Origin: Dehalococcoidia bacterium
GTDB taxonomy: Bacteria > Chloroflexota > Dehalococcoidia > UBA2979
Direction: 5' to 3'
Assembly (NCBI GenBank): GCA_965219085.1
Contig: OZ244720.1
Location: 3,136,001 to 3,200,000 of the forward strand
Length of the DNA stretch: 64,000 nucleotides
Part shown: piece by piece, positions 9,708-20,356 of the stretch
Position numbering within the stretch: the stretch's first letter is position 1
Layout of the letters: each line of letters starts with the position of its first letter
Program-made: the position numbers and the translations under genes
Notes under the pieces: model-generated
What the model saw: only the letters and a program-made list of their open reading frames with translations
What the model was told of the DNA's origin: nothing
The model's database searches: none

Positions 9708-12140
9708 GTGCCTGACACCGCGCTGGACGATCTCCGCATCATCGAACTCGCCGAGGGGGTGGCCGGCCCCTACTGCGGCAAGCTCTTCGCCGACCTCGGC
9801 GCCGACGTCATCAAGGTCGAACCGCCCGAGGGCGACCGCGCGCGCCGCGCCGGTCCGTTCAGGAACGGTGAGCCCAACCCCGAGGGCAGCGGCGTCTTCC
9901 TCTACCTCAACACCAACAAGCGCGGCGTCACCGCCGACCTCGCCACCGACGAGGGCCGCGAGGCCGTGCTCGGCCTCCTCGCGGGCGCCGACGTGCTCGT
10001 CACCGACATGTACGAGGACGACCTGCGTGCGCTGGGCCTCGACTACGCAGACGTGCGCGAGCGCTTCCCGGCGCTCGTCTTCACCTCGCTCACCCCCTTC
10101 GGGCGAGGCGGACCGCATGGGTCGTACCGGGGCAACGCGTTCACCGTCTACCACTCGAGCGGGATGAGCACGGAGACACCGATGCAGCAGGTGCGCGATC
10201 CGGCCAACGAGCCGCCCCTCGTGCCCGGCAACCCGCAGGCCGACTACCTCACAGGCGTGACAGCGGCGGCCGCGACGATGGGCGCTATCTTCCAGCGCGA
10301 GTCGACCGGTCGTGGCCAACTCGTCGACATCTCCGGGCAGGAGGCGAACGCCAACCACGTCCGCACGACGATCTCCTCCGTCTTCCACACGCCTGACCTT
10401 GTCGCCGGCCGCGCGAAGGCCAACTTTGACTTCCTGGTGCCGGCCAGTGACGGTTATGTCTTCCTCACTCCGTACAACCTCGACCACTGGTGGGAGCGCT
10501 TCCAGCACGTCATGGGCGACCCTGAGTGGGCGACGAGCGACGCTTTCCTCACCGCGGCGGACCGCATGCTCAACTGCGACGCCATCGAGCCGCTGGTGCA
10601 CCTCTGGTCGGTGCAGCACACCCGCGCTGAGCTCTACCAGATGGCGCTCGACATCGGCTTCCCGTGCTTCCCGGTCTACTCCCCCGCCGAGATGATGGAG
10701 TCGGCCCAGTTCCAGCACCGTGGGTTCCTCGAATCCGTCGAGGACCCCGAAGCCGGGTCGTACGTGCGCCCCGGCGGGGCAGCACTGTTCTCGGGCACGC
10801 CGTTCAGGCAGGACGGCCGCGCGCCACGACTCGGCGAGCACAACGCCGAACTGCTCTCGCAGCCCGCGGCGGAGGCCGCGCCGCCGCCGTCCGGCGACCG
10901 CCGTCCGGCGCACCGCCGGGCCGCGGGGAACCTGCCGCTCAGCGGCGTGCGCGTCACGGACTTCGGGTGGATCCTCTCCGTCCCGCACTCGACGGCCTGG
11001 CTGGGCGCCCTCGGTGCCGAGGTCATCCGCATCGAGTCCGAACAACGCCTCGATCTGCTGCGCACGATGGGCATGACCCGCGGCACCGGCGGCATCCCCG
11101 GCATCGAGCGCTCAGGCCCGTTCAACGGGCTCAACTACTCGAAGCGCGGCGTGACGCTGAACATCCGGACAGACCGCGGGAAGGAACTCGCGAAGGAGCT
11201 CGTGAGCCGCAGCGACATCGTCACGATGAACTTCGCCGCCGGGGTGGGCGATCGCCTCGGCCTCGGTTACGAGGACCTCAAGGCCGTCAAGCCGGACATC
11301 ATCATGATGTCGGGCTCGCCCCTCGGTCAGACCGGCCCGGAAGCCCACTCGACCGGCTGGGGTCCGACGACGCTCGCGTACACCATGCTGCCCCACATCA
11401 CCGGCTACCCCGGTGGGACGCCGAGCTCGATGGGCGGCTCGTACCCGGACTTCATGGTCGGCGTGCACATGGCGCTCGCAATGATGAGCGCGCTGCGCTA
11501 CCGCGACCGGAGTGGCCACGGCCAGCACATCGACGTTGCGATGGGCGAGTCAGTCGTGGCGATGACGCCCGAACCGCTCCTCGAGTGGACGATGCTCGGC
11601 GTCGACCCGCAGATGCGCGGCAACCGGGACCCCGCCCGCGCGCCCCAGGGCGTCTATCCCTCGGCCGGCGACGACCGCTGGGTTGCCGTGTCCGTCGAGG
11701 ACGAGGCGATGTGGGCAGGCTTGCGCGAGGTCCTCGGCGACCCCGCCTGGGCGCGGGAACCCGAGCTCGACACCCTCCAGGGCAGGCAGGCGCGCCACGA
11801 TGACATCGACCGCGAGTTGAGCGCGTGGACGGCCACGCGCACGTCGCATGAGGCCGCCACGCTGCTCCAGCGCGCGGGCGTAGCCGCGGCGCCCGTGCTC
11901 GCCGGGCCGGAACTGGTCGAGGATCCGCAGTTGCGTCATCGGGGCTTCTTCGTGGACATCGACCACCCCGAGGTGGGCGTGAAGGCCTCAGCCGGCATCC
12001 CGCTTCGGTTCAGCGAGACGCAGCTCCACTACAGTTCGGCGCCGATGCTCGGTCAGCACAACCGCGAGGTGTTCACGGACCTCGTCGGCATGGAACCGGA
12101 GGAGTTCGATCGGCTCATCCGGGACTCCGTCATCGTCTAG
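9708..12140 (+). CDS. Fused two-domain family III CoA-transferase, copy 1
   Basis: Two CaiB domains (ADLGADVIKVE...NTNKR; LGAEVIRIE...NYSKR), 810 aa. Confidence 0.92.
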   Translation: MPDTALDDLRIIELAEGVAGPYCGKLFADLGADVIKVEPPEGDRARRAGPFRNGEPNPEGSGVFLYLNTNKRGVTADLATDEGREAVLGLLAGADVLVTDMYEDDLRALGLDYADVRERFPALVFTSLTPFGRGGPHGSYRGNAFTVYHSSGMSTETPMQQVRDPANEPPLVPGNPQADYLTGVTAAAATMGAIFQRESTGRGQLVDISGQEANANHVRTTISSVFHTPDLVAGRAKANFDFLVPASDGYVFLTPYNLDHWWERFQHVMGDPEWATSDAFLTAADRMLNCDAIEPLVHLWSVQHTRAELYQMALDIGFPCFPVYSPAEMMESAQFQHRGFLESVEDPEAGSYVRPGGAALFSGTPFRQDGRAPRLGEHNAELLSQPAAEAAPPPSGDRRPAHRRAAGNLPLSGVRVTDFGWILSVPHSTAWLGALGAEVIRIESEQRLDLLRTMGMTRGTGGIPGIERSGPFNGLNYSKRGVTLNIRTDRGKELAKELVSRSDIVTMNFAAGVGDRLGLGYEDLKAVKPDIIMMSGSPLGQTGPEAHSTGWGPTTLAYTMLPHITGYPGGTPSSMGGSYPDFMVGVHMALAMMSALRYRDRSGHGQHIDVAMGESVVAMTPEPLLEWTMLGVDPQMRGNRDPARAPQGVYPSAGDDRWVAVSVEDEAMWAGLREVLGDPAWAREPELDTLQGRQARHDDIDRELSAWTATRTSHEAATLLQRAGVAAAPVLAGPELVEDPQLRHRGFFVDIDHPEVGVKASAGIPLRFSETQLHYSSAPMLGQHNREVFTDLVGMEPEEFDRLIRDSVIV

Positions 12141-12223
12141 CTGCCATACCTGCAGGGGCCTCCGCCGCCCACATACGCGCGCATCCTCTATAACGGGAGG
12201 AGCAAACACGGCGGGAGGAACCC

Positions 12224-14656
12224 GTGCCTGACACCGCGTTGGACGATCTCCGCATCATCGAACTCGCCGAGGGGGTGGCCGGCCCCTACTGCGGCAAGCT
12301 CTTCGCCGACCTCGGCGCCGACGTCATCAAGGTCGAACCGCCCGAGGGCGACCGCGCGCGCCGCGCCGGTCCGTTCAGGGACGGTGAGCCGAACCCCGAG
12401 GGCAGCGGCGTCTTCCTCTACCTCAACACCAACAAGCGCGGCGTCACCGCCGACATCGCCACCGACGAGGGCCGCGAGGCGGTGCTCGCCCTCCTCGCCG
12501 GCGCCGACGTGCTCGTCACCGACATGTACGAGGACGACCTGCGTGCGCTCGGCCTCGACTACGCCGACCTGCGCGAGCGCTTCCCCGCGCTTGTCTTCAC
12601 CTCGCTCACGCCGTACGGGCGCGGCGGGCCGCATGGGTCGTACCGGGGCAACGCGTTCACCGTGTACCACTCCAGCGGGCTCGGCTGGGAGACGCCGCCG
12701 CAGCAGGTGAGCGACCCGGCTAACCAGCCGCCACTCGCACCCGGCAACCCACAGGCCGACTACTTCACCGGTATCACGGGCGCCGCGGCGACGATGGGTG
12801 CGCTGTTCCAGCGCGAGTCGAGCGGCCGCGGCCAGCTCGTCGACATCTCCGGGCAGGAGGCGAACGCCAACCACGTGCGCCTGACGATCTCCTCGGTCGT
12901 CCACACGCCCGACCTCGTCCCCGGGCGCGAGAAGGGCAACTTCGACTTCCTCGTGCCGGCCAGTGACGGTTATGTCTTCCTCACTCCGTACAACCTCGAC
13001 CACTGGTGGGTGCGATTCCAGCACCTCATGGGCGACCCCGACTGGGCGGCGAGCGACGCCTTCCTCACCGCCGAGGACCGAGGGCTCAACTGCGACGCCA
13101 TCGAGCCGCTGGTGCACTTGTGGTCGGTGCAGTACACGCGCGCCGAGCTGTACCAGATGGCGCTCGACATCAGCATCCCGTGCTTCCCCGTCTACTCCCC
13201 CGCCGAGATGATGGAGTCCGCGCAGTTCAAGGACCGAGGGTTCCTCGAGTCCGTCGAACACCCCGAGGCCGGGTCGTACACGCGTCCGGGACCGGCCGCC
13301 GTGCTCTCCCGCACTCCCTCGAGCCAGGACGGGCCCGCGCCGCGCCTGGGCGAGCACAACGCCGAGTTGCTCTCGCAGCCAGCAGTGGAGGCCCCGCCAG
13401 CCCCGTCCGGCGACCGCCGTCCCGCACACCGCAGGGCGGCCGGCAACCTACCGCTGAGCGGCGTGCGCGTGGCCGACTTCGGGTGGATCCTCTCCGCCCC
13501 GCACTCGACGGCCTGGCTGGGCGCCCTCGGCGCCGAGGTCATCCGAGTCGAGTCCGAGCAGCGCCTCGACCTGCTGCGCACGATGGGCCTCACGCGCGGT
13601 ACCGGCGGCATCCCCGGCCTCGAGCGTTCCGGTTCATTCAACGGGCTCAACTACTCGAAGCACGGCGTGACGCTCAACCTGCACTCGGAGCGCGGCAAGG
13701 AGCTCGCGAAGGAGCTGGTCAGCCGCAGCGATATCGTCACCGCGAACTTCGCGGCCGGGGTCATCGAGCGCCTCGGCCTGGGCTACGAGGACCTCAAGGC
13801 GGTGAAGCCGGACATCATCATGATGTCGGGCTCGCCGCTCGGGCAGACCGGCCCCGAGAGCCACTCGACGGGCTGGGGTCCGACGACGCTCGCGTACACC
13901 ACCCTGCCCTACGTCACCGGCTACCGCGGCGGCACGCCCAGCTCGATGGGCGGCGCCTACCCCGACTTCGCCATCGGCGTGCAGATGGCCTTCTCGATGA
14001 TGACGGCGCTGCGCTACCGCGACCGCACCGGCCACGGCCAGCACGTCGACGTCGCGATGGGCGAGACGGTCGTCGCGATGACGCCCGAGCCGCTCCTCGA
14101 ATGGACGATGGCCGGCATCGACCCGCAGATGCGCGGCAACCGCGACCCGGACTGCGCGCCGCAGGGCGTGTACCCGTCGGCGGGCGAGGACGCATGGGTG
14201 GCGATCTCCGTCGAGGACGACGACGGCTGGTCACGACTGCGGAGCGCCCTCGGTGATCCGCAGTGGGCGCAGGACCCTGGATTCGCCACACTCGAAGGCC
14301 GCCAGGCGCGACACGACGACATCGACCGCGAGTTGAGCGCGTGGACGGCCGGCCGCACCGCGGACGAGGCGACCGAGCTGCTCCAGCAGGCCGGGATCGC
14401 GTCGACGCCGGTGCTCAACGGCCCGGCGCTGGTCGACGACCCGCAGTTGCGGCACCGCGGCTTCCTCGTCGATATCGACCACCCCGAGGTGGGCGTGAAG
14501 GCGTCGGCCGGTATCCCCCTGCGCTACAGCGAGACGCAGCTCCACTATGGCTCGGCGCCGCTGCTCGGCGAGCACAACCGCGAGGTGTTCACGGGCCTCG
14601 TCGGCGTCGAGCCCGAGGAGTTCGAGCAACTCATCCGGGACTCGGTTATCGTCTGA
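12224..14656 (+). CDS. Fused two-domain family III CoA-transferase, copy 2
   Basis: 810 aa, colinear tandem paralog of 9708-12140. Confidence 0.92.
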   Translation: MPDTALDDLRIIELAEGVAGPYCGKLFADLGADVIKVEPPEGDRARRAGPFRDGEPNPEGSGVFLYLNTNKRGVTADIATDEGREAVLALLAGADVLVTDMYEDDLRALGLDYADLRERFPALVFTSLTPYGRGGPHGSYRGNAFTVYHSSGLGWETPPQQVSDPANQPPLAPGNPQADYFTGITGAAATMGALFQRESSGRGQLVDISGQEANANHVRLTISSVVHTPDLVPGREKGNFDFLVPASDGYVFLTPYNLDHWWVRFQHLMGDPDWAASDAFLTAEDRGLNCDAIEPLVHLWSVQYTRAELYQMALDISIPCFPVYSPAEMMESAQFKDRGFLESVEHPEAGSYTRPGPAAVLSRTPSSQDGPAPRLGEHNAELLSQPAVEAPPAPSGDRRPAHRRAAGNLPLSGVRVADFGWILSAPHSTAWLGALGAEVIRVESEQRLDLLRTMGLTRGTGGIPGLERSGSFNGLNYSKHGVTLNLHSERGKELAKELVSRSDIVTANFAAGVIERLGLGYEDLKAVKPDIIMMSGSPLGQTGPESHSTGWGPTTLAYTTLPYVTGYRGGTPSSMGGAYPDFAIGVQMAFSMMTALRYRDRTGHGQHVDVAMGETVVAMTPEPLLEWTMAGIDPQMRGNRDPDCAPQGVYPSAGEDAWVAISVEDDDGWSRLRSALGDPQWAQDPGFATLEGRQARHDDIDRELSAWTAGRTADEATELLQQAGIASTPVLNGPALVDDPQLRHRGFLVDIDHPEVGVKASAGIPLRYSETQLHYGSAPLLGEHNREVFTGLVGVEPEEFEQLIRDSVIV

Positions 14657-14795
14657 CGGACCCGCCGCCCGGCGGGCGCAATCAGGTTCGAGCGCGGCAG
14701 CCCGCGGCTGTTACGTGTGCACGGGATCGGCAGCCGGGGGCTGCCTGAAGGCCTGCGAGGAATCCTCGCGTCCCAGAAAGGGAGTCGGGAACGGT

Positions 14796-15653
14796 ATGGA
14801 GTACCACCACATCCTCGTCGATCGGGAAGACGGCGTCGTCACGATCACGATGAACCAGCCGCAGCACCTCAACCCGTGGCTGATCCCGATGATGGAAGAG
14901 ATGATGGTCGAAATCGACCTCGTCGCGGTGAACCCGGACGACAAGGTGCTGGTCTTCACCGGCGCGGGTACCGCCTTCTCCGCCGGCGGCGACGTCCACT
15001 CGATGGGCGGCATCGACCACGCCGACCCGCACTTCATGAAGTGGCTGCCCGACCACAAGCGCGGCTTCCTGACGTACCCGACGATGACCGCCGAGGAGCG
15101 GATGGAGAATAAGACGTTCAGCGGGACGCCGATTCACAAGAAGGTGTTCAACCTCGACAAGCCGACGATCGCGGCCGTCAACGGCGTCGCCGCCGGCGCC
15201 GGCGCGGACCTCGCGCTGACGTGCGACCTGCGCATCGCCTCGGATACCGCGCGCTTCATCGAGGTCTACATCAGGCGCGCGTTCATCCCCCTCGACGGCG
15301 GCGCCTTCTGGGCCCCGTACCACCTGCCGCACGCCAAGGCGATGGAGATGCTGCTGACCGGCGACGCGATGAGCGCCGAGGAGGCGAAGCACTTCGGCCT
15401 CGTCAACGACGTGGTGCCGCCCGACGAGCTGATGCCTCGCACGATGGAGCTGGCGAAGCGTCTCGCTCGAGGCCCGTCGTTGGCCATCCAGTTGACGAAG
15501 CACATGGTGCGCGAGATCCACATGCGCAAGGGCTACGAGCAGATGTGGGACCTCGCGGCGCAGGCGGGACCTCAAGCGATGCAGAGTGCGGACGCGGACG
15601 AGGGCGTGCAGTCGTTCCTGGAGAAGCGCCGGCCGGAGTTCAAGGGGTTCTAG
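14796..15653 (+). CDS. Enoyl-CoA hydratase/isomerase
   Basis: AFSAGGDV, KPTIAAVNGVAAGAG, FLEKRRPEFKG. Confidence 0.9.
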   Translation: MEYHHILVDREDGVVTITMNQPQHLNPWLIPMMEEMMVEIDLVAVNPDDKVLVFTGAGTAFSAGGDVHSMGGIDHADPHFMKWLPDHKRGFLTYPTMTAEERMENKTFSGTPIHKKVFNLDKPTIAAVNGVAAGAGADLALTCDLRIASDTARFIEVYIRRAFIPLDGGAFWAPYHLPHAKAMEMLLTGDAMSAEEAKHFGLVNDVVPPDELMPRTMELAKRLARGPSLAIQLTKHMVREIHMRKGYEQMWDLAAQAGPQAMQSADADEGVQSFLEKRRPEFKGF

Positions 15654-15672
15654 CGAGCGAAGCTCCGGGGAG

Positions 15673-16143
15673 TCAGAGCCTCGGCGCGGCTCCGTTACCA
15701 CCCTCGGTGGCGAGCACGGCGTCGCGCCAATTGTCGATGTCGGCGGGGTCCAGGCGAATCACGCCCGGGATACCGTCGAACTCCCGGTCGGCGGAAACGA
15801 CTCGTTCTACACGCAGGCGTCGCATCACCGCGACGTGGATCAGGTCACGGGCGCTCGCCCGGATGGCGCGGTCCGCCAGCTCAATCGCGACGCCGACATC
15901 CTCCGCGTAGACCGGCTCTGTCCTGCCCCGCATCAGCGCGACGAAGCGCTCAAGCGTATAGCGGCCGGCGGGCCACCGCCTCGGTGTGCTGAAGCGGTGC
16001 AAGAGCTCCTGTAACACCTCGACGTTCGTGACGAAGTTTCCTGGGTGGCCCGAAGCCAGGTCGAGCACTTCGATGCACGGTCGCTTCTGTGGATGCGCAC
16101 CGCCCGCCGCGTAGATCGGGACGTTGGTGTCAAGGAAGGCCAT
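15673..16143 (-). CDS. vapC: VapC PIN-domain toxin
   Basis: FLDTNVPIY, EVLQE, RDLIHVA, VSADREFD. Confidence 0.9.
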   Translation of the reverse strand: MAFLDTNVPIYAAGGAHPQKRPCIEVLDLASGHPGNFVTNVEVLQELLHRFSTPRRWPAGRYTLERFVALMRGRTEPVYAEDVGVAIELADRAIRASARDLIHVAVMRRLRVERVVSADREFDGIPGVIRLDPADIDNWRDAVLATEGGNGAAPRL

Positions 16144-16381
16144 CGGACTCATACCGCGACTCCAACTCCCGAAAGAGGTCCTGCGGATCGTCTGGGACAT
16201 CCATCTCCATCGCGGCGATCTCGCGCACGAGCTGGCGGCGCCGCTCACGCATGACGGCTTCCCATGCATCGTCGATCAGGCGGCGGACGACCTCGGAAAT
16301 CGTGGCGTCCTGCTCCTCCGCGATATCGTCGAGCCGTTGGCGCTGCTCGTCGTCCAACCGGACTTCGACTCGCGAGACCAT
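16130..16381 (-). CDS. vapB: Ribbon-helix-helix (CopG) antitoxin
   Basis: RVEVRLDDEQRQRL...ISEVVRRLID; overlaps the vapC start. Confidence 0.8.
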   Translation of the reverse strand: MVSRVEVRLDDEQRQRLDDIAEEQDATISEVVRRLIDDAWEAVMRERRRQLVREIAAMEMDVPDDPQDLFRELESRYESDGLP

Positions 16382-16522
16382 GGTGCCCTCCCGTCCGGCT
16401 TCTCCTGTACGGTACAGAGTGTACGGCAGAACACGTACGGCACGCACGCACCGGGGCCGCTCACCTCGCGATCTGCGATACTCCCCGCTGGCCCACGCGC
16501 ACGACGGCAAGCGGAGGACACC

Positions 16523-17521
16523 ATGCAGGCGTACCAGCTCACCCCCGGCGGCGGCATCGACGGCATCACGCAGGTCGGGTTGCCCGATCCCGAGCCCGCC
16601 GCCGACGAGGTGGTGATCCGCGTCCGCGCCACCTCGCTCAACTACCGCGACCTCATGCTCGCGAGCGGTACCCGCGAGCCGATCATCCCGCTCTCCGACG
16701 GCGCCGGCGAGGTCGTCGCCGTGGGCGACGAGGTCACCCGCTTCGCCGCCGGCGACCGCGTCACGAGCTGCTTCTTCCTCGACTGGGTCGACGGCGCCGG
16801 CACGCCCGCGAACACGCGCCGCGCACTCGGCGGTGGCGACACCAACGGCACGCTCGCCGAACTGATAGCGCTGCCTGAGCGCGCGGTCGTCGCTACGCCC
16901 GCGCACATGACCGACGAGGAGGCCTCGACGCTGCCATGCGCCGCGCTCACGGCGTGGTGCTCGATGTTCCCAGTCGCCGGGCTGCAGCCTGGGGCAAGCG
17001 TGCTGCTGCTCGGCACCGGCGGCGTCTCCATCGCCGGGCTACAGCTCGCCGCGGTCGCCGGGGTGCGCAGCTTCATTACCTCGAGTAGCGACGAGAAGCT
17101 GGCGCGCGCCCGCGAGCACGGCGCGGACCACACCATCAACTACGTCGACGATGACAACTGGGGCCGCACCGTCCGCGAACTCACGGACGGCCGAGGCGTC
17201 GACCTCACGCTCGAGGTCGGCGGCGAGGGCACGTTCGCGAAGTCGATGACCGCGACGCGCTTCGGTGGGGACATCGCGCTCATCGGCGGGCTCGCCCGCG
17301 AGGAGTCGGACGACACGCAGGTGCCCCTCGTCGGCCGCGGGCTGCGTGCGACACGTATCTACGTCGGCAGCCGCGCGATGTTCGAGGCGATGAACCGCGC
17401 GCTGGAGCTGCGCGAGGTGCACCCCGTCGTCGATCGCGTGTTCGAGTTCGGCGAGGCGCGCGAGGCGTACCGCTACCTCGAATCGCAGGCGCACTTCGGC
17501 AAGGTCGTCATCCGGGTGTAG
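16523..17521 (+). CDS. MDR-family NAD(P)-dependent alcohol dehydrogenase/quinone reductase
   Basis: SLNYRD, PLSDGAG, LPCAALTAW, GTGGVS, HFGKVVI. Confidence 0.9.
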   Translation: MQAYQLTPGGGIDGITQVGLPDPEPAADEVVIRVRATSLNYRDLMLASGTREPIIPLSDGAGEVVAVGDEVTRFAAGDRVTSCFFLDWVDGAGTPANTRRALGGGDTNGTLAELIALPERAVVATPAHMTDEEASTLPCAALTAWCSMFPVAGLQPGASVLLLGTGGVSIAGLQLAAVAGVRSFITSSSDEKLARAREHGADHTINYVDDDNWGRTVRELTDGRGVDLTLEVGGEGTFAKSMTATRFGGDIALIGGLAREESDDTQVPLVGRGLRATRIYVGSRAMFEAMNRALELREVHPVVDRVFEFGEAREAYRYLESQAHFGKVVIRV

Positions 17522-17561
17522 CGACGCTCCGTACGGCTGACCGCGCCCGCCCGAGACGAGC

Positions 17562-17590
17562 ATTGGGCCGCCCTCGAAGGGCGGCCCAAT
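17562..17590. terminator. Hairpin between convergent genes
   Basis: attgggccgccct-cga-agggcggcccaat. Confidence 0.7.
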
Positions 17591-17611
17591 TCGCTGGGTT
17601 GCCGGGATGCG

Positions 17612-18823
17612 CTACCCGCGAGGCAGCCCCAGCCCGCGCGTCGCGATGATGTTGCGCTGGATCTCCGAGGACCCCCCGCCGATCGTCGAGGGGATCGAGC
17701 GGACGTAGCCGCGGATGTGCTTGCCGTTCAGCGGCGCCCTCGGGTCGCCCGGCCACAGGTCGCCGTACAGCCCGAACGTGCGGATGCCGACGCGGTACAG
17801 CTCCTGGCCGTGCTCAGTCGAGAACATCTTGCCGATCGACGCCTCGTAGTTCGGCACCATGCCCGCAGCCTGCATCGACGCGATGCGCATCGAGAGCTGG
17901 TAGCAGACCTCGATCGCGACTGCGCGGTCGACGAGCCGGTCGCGCAGCGCGGGGTTCCGTGCGAGCGTCGAGCGGTCGTCGTTGCGAGCCGCCTCGAGCA
18001 ACTCGTTGAGGTCCTGGAGTTGCGTGACTGCGCCGGAGATGCCGGAGCGCTCGTAGTCGAGCAGCGTCATGCCGACATACCAGCCACGGTCGACCTCGCC
18101 GAGCACGTTGGCCGCGGGGACGCGCACGTCCTCGAAGAACGTCTCGTTGACGTGGTGGCCCCACGCCATGTCGATCAGCGGGCGCACGGTCAGGCCCGGC
18201 GTCTTGATGTCGTCGATGAGCAGGAACGAGATGCCGCGGTGCTTCGGCGCGTCCGGGTTGGTGCGCACGAGCGCGAAGATGGCCGTGGCCTGGTGCGCCG
18301 ACGACGTCCAGATCTTCTGCCCGTTCACCACGAACTCGTCGCCGTCGCGCGTCGCGCGCGTCTGCAGCGAGCCGAGATCGGACCCGGCGCCCGGCTCCGA
18401 GTAGCCCTGCGTCCAGCGGGTCTCGCCGGAGAGGATGGCCGGCAGGTACTTCTGCTTCTGCTCGTCGGTGCCATGCACCAGCAGCGTCGGGCCGAGCAGC
18501 ATCACGCCGCTGCCGCCGACGGGCGGGGCCATGGCCCTTGCCATCTCCTCGTTGAAGATGAACTGCTCCATCGCGGTCAGGCCCGCGCCGCCGTACTCCG
18601 ACGGCCAGTGCGGCGCCACCCATCCGCGCTCGGAGAGGGCGTTCGCCCACTCGCGCGCGGCGTCGCGGACCTCGGCGCTGTCGTTGTGCAGGTCCTCGTA
18701 CCACGTGTACATGCCGACGTCGTGCCGTGGTATGTCGGTGAGCGTCCTGGGGAGCCGGGCCCGGATGAAGGTGGCGACGTCCTCGCGGAAAGTCGCTTGC
18801 TCGGCGTTGTCGCTCCAGTCCAT
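17612..18823 (-). CDS. Acyl-CoA dehydrogenase
   Basis: QGYSEPGAGSDL, NGQKIWTS, TIGGGSSEIQRNII. Confidence 0.93.
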   Translation of the reverse strand: MDWSDNAEQATFREDVATFIRARLPRTLTDIPRHDVGMYTWYEDLHNDSAEVRDAAREWANALSERGWVAPHWPSEYGGAGLTAMEQFIFNEEMARAMAPPVGGSGVMLLGPTLLVHGTDEQKQKYLPAILSGETRWTQGYSEPGAGSDLGSLQTRATRDGDEFVVNGQKIWTSSAHQATAIFALVRTNPDAPKHRGISFLLIDDIKTPGLTVRPLIDMAWGHHVNETFFEDVRVPAANVLGEVDRGWYVGMTLLDYERSGISGAVTQLQDLNELLEAARNDDRSTLARNPALRDRLVDRAVAIEVCYQLSMRIASMQAAGMVPNYEASIGKMFSTEHGQELYRVGIRTFGLYGDLWPGDPRAPLNGKHIRGYVRSIPSTIGGGSSEIQRNIIATRGLGLPRG

Positions 18824-18903
18824 AGTGTGCCTCCATTCGCAGCCGGCGCGCTCGCGCCGTGCCGCGACTATACCCAAACGTGGTCGATCGCGGCGTCCGG
18901 CGC

Positions 18904-19431
18904 CTATCCGCCGAGGCGATCCGCGAACTCGGCGGCGGTGAGCACCGTCGCCTGCCGCGGGAACACCTTCTCGGTGAGCACGCGGTGCACTTCCTCGTCG
19001 CCGTCGTCGCAGCCGTCTTTCACGACGACGATTTGGTAGCTGATGTCGGCGCCCCAGCGCAGCGTCGAGAGCACGCAGCCGCTGGTGGCGACGCCCATCA
19101 GCACGAGGGTGTCGCGACCGTCCTCGCGCAGGATCGCGTCGAGGCCCGTCGTCGAGAACGAGCCGGCGCGCACCTTGCGGATGATCTGCTCACCCTCGAC
19201 CGGCGCGACGCCGGGGTGGATCTCCACGTCGGGCGAATCGGCCTCGAACTGCGCGCCGCGGTGCACGATGTAGAAGACGGGTATGCCCGCCCCTCGCGCC
19301 GCCGCGAGCGCCGACGCTGCGCGTTCGACGACCCCTTCGGGGTCGCTGGCGTAGGGCCCGACGATCCCGACCTGGAAGTCCATGATCACGACTGCCGTAC
19401 GTCCGGGGTCGATCGTCGCTTCCTGTGTCAC
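18904..19431 (-). CDS. Isochorismatase-family cysteine hydrolase
   Basis: VVIMDFQ, KVRAGSF, GVATSGCVLST. Confidence 0.88.
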   Translation of the reverse strand: MTQEATIDPGRTAVVIMDFQVGIVGPYASDPEGVVERAASALAAARGAGIPVFYIVHRGAQFEADSPDVEIHPGVAPVEGEQIIRKVRAGSFSTTGLDAILREDGRDTLVLMGVATSGCVLSTLRWGADISYQIVVVKDGCDDGDEEVHRVLTEKVFPRQATVLTAAEFADRLGG

Positions 19432-19478
19432 GTTGTCCTGCCTCCTCCGTTGCCGCCCTGAGCGCGCACATTGCGCGC

Positions 19479-20192
19479 TCACCAGGCGAGCGTGCCTCCG
19501 TCTACCGTGCGGAACGTGCCGGCATCGTCGGGCCCCGCGCCCAGCACGAGGTCGGCGAGCCGGCGCGCCGACTCCTCGGGCGTCAGCGGCGCCGCCGAGC
19601 CGCCCATCGAGGTCGAAACCCAGCCCGGGCTCGCCGAGAACGCGACGATGCCGTCGCGCCGCACCGTCGCCGCGAGCTGCTTTGTGAGCGCGTTCTGGAG
19701 CGCCTTCGCCGGCGCGTAGTACGTCGACCCCGCGTTCATGTCGGCGATGCTGCCGAGGCTGGACGAGATGCTCACGGCGACCGCACCACGCCCCATCAGC
19801 GGCAATAGCGCCCGCGTCACGCGCAGCATCCCGACGCCGTGCACCTGCAACTGGTACTCGAGGTCCTCGATCGGGGCGGTCACGATCGAAGGGCCGTCCG
19901 CGGAACCGATGCCGGCGTTGTTCACGAGCAGGTCGACGCGGTCGAGGTGCTCCGTGCACCAGCGCCCGAACGCCGCGACCGATGCGTCCGAGGTCACCTC
20001 GACCTGGGCCGCGAGCACGTCGGGGTCCGCGTCCGCCGCTTCGAGGAGTGCGCGGGCGGTGGCGGGGTCGCGGTACGTGCCGGCGACGGGCGCACAGCCG
20101 CGGGCGCGCAACTCGTGCACGAGCGCGAGTCCGATGCCGTCGGCGCGGTTCGCGCCGGTCACGACGGCTGTGCGCGGCGCGTGTGCGGTCAT
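19479..20192 (-). CDS. Short-chain dehydrogenase (CsgA-like)
   Basis: VTGANRADGIG, LVNNAG, YAPAK, PGWVST. Confidence 0.88.
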   Translation of the reverse strand: MTAHAPRTAVVTGANRADGIGLALVHELRARGCAPVAGTYRDPATARALLEAADADPDVLAAQVEVTSDASVAAFGRWCTEHLDRVDLLVNNAGIGSADGPSIVTAPIEDLEYQLQVHGVGMLRVTRALLPLMGRGAVAVSISSSLGSIADMNAGSTYYAPAKALQNALTKQLAATVRRDGIVAFSASPGWVSTSMGGSAAPLTPEESARRLADLVLGAGPDDAGTFRTVDGGTLAW

Positions 20193-20356
20193 CGGCGCCT
20201 CCGCGGGCAGTCTAGCGCGGACCGGCGCGCGGGGTCAGCGGCGTGGTGGCCCCGGTGCGTGGTACGTTGCCGCCGCCAGCCTGTCTGGCACTCCCGCCCT
20301 GGTGTGCGCCGAGGCCGCCGGCCGGGACACGGCGGCTGCTTTGAACGGAGGACGAG

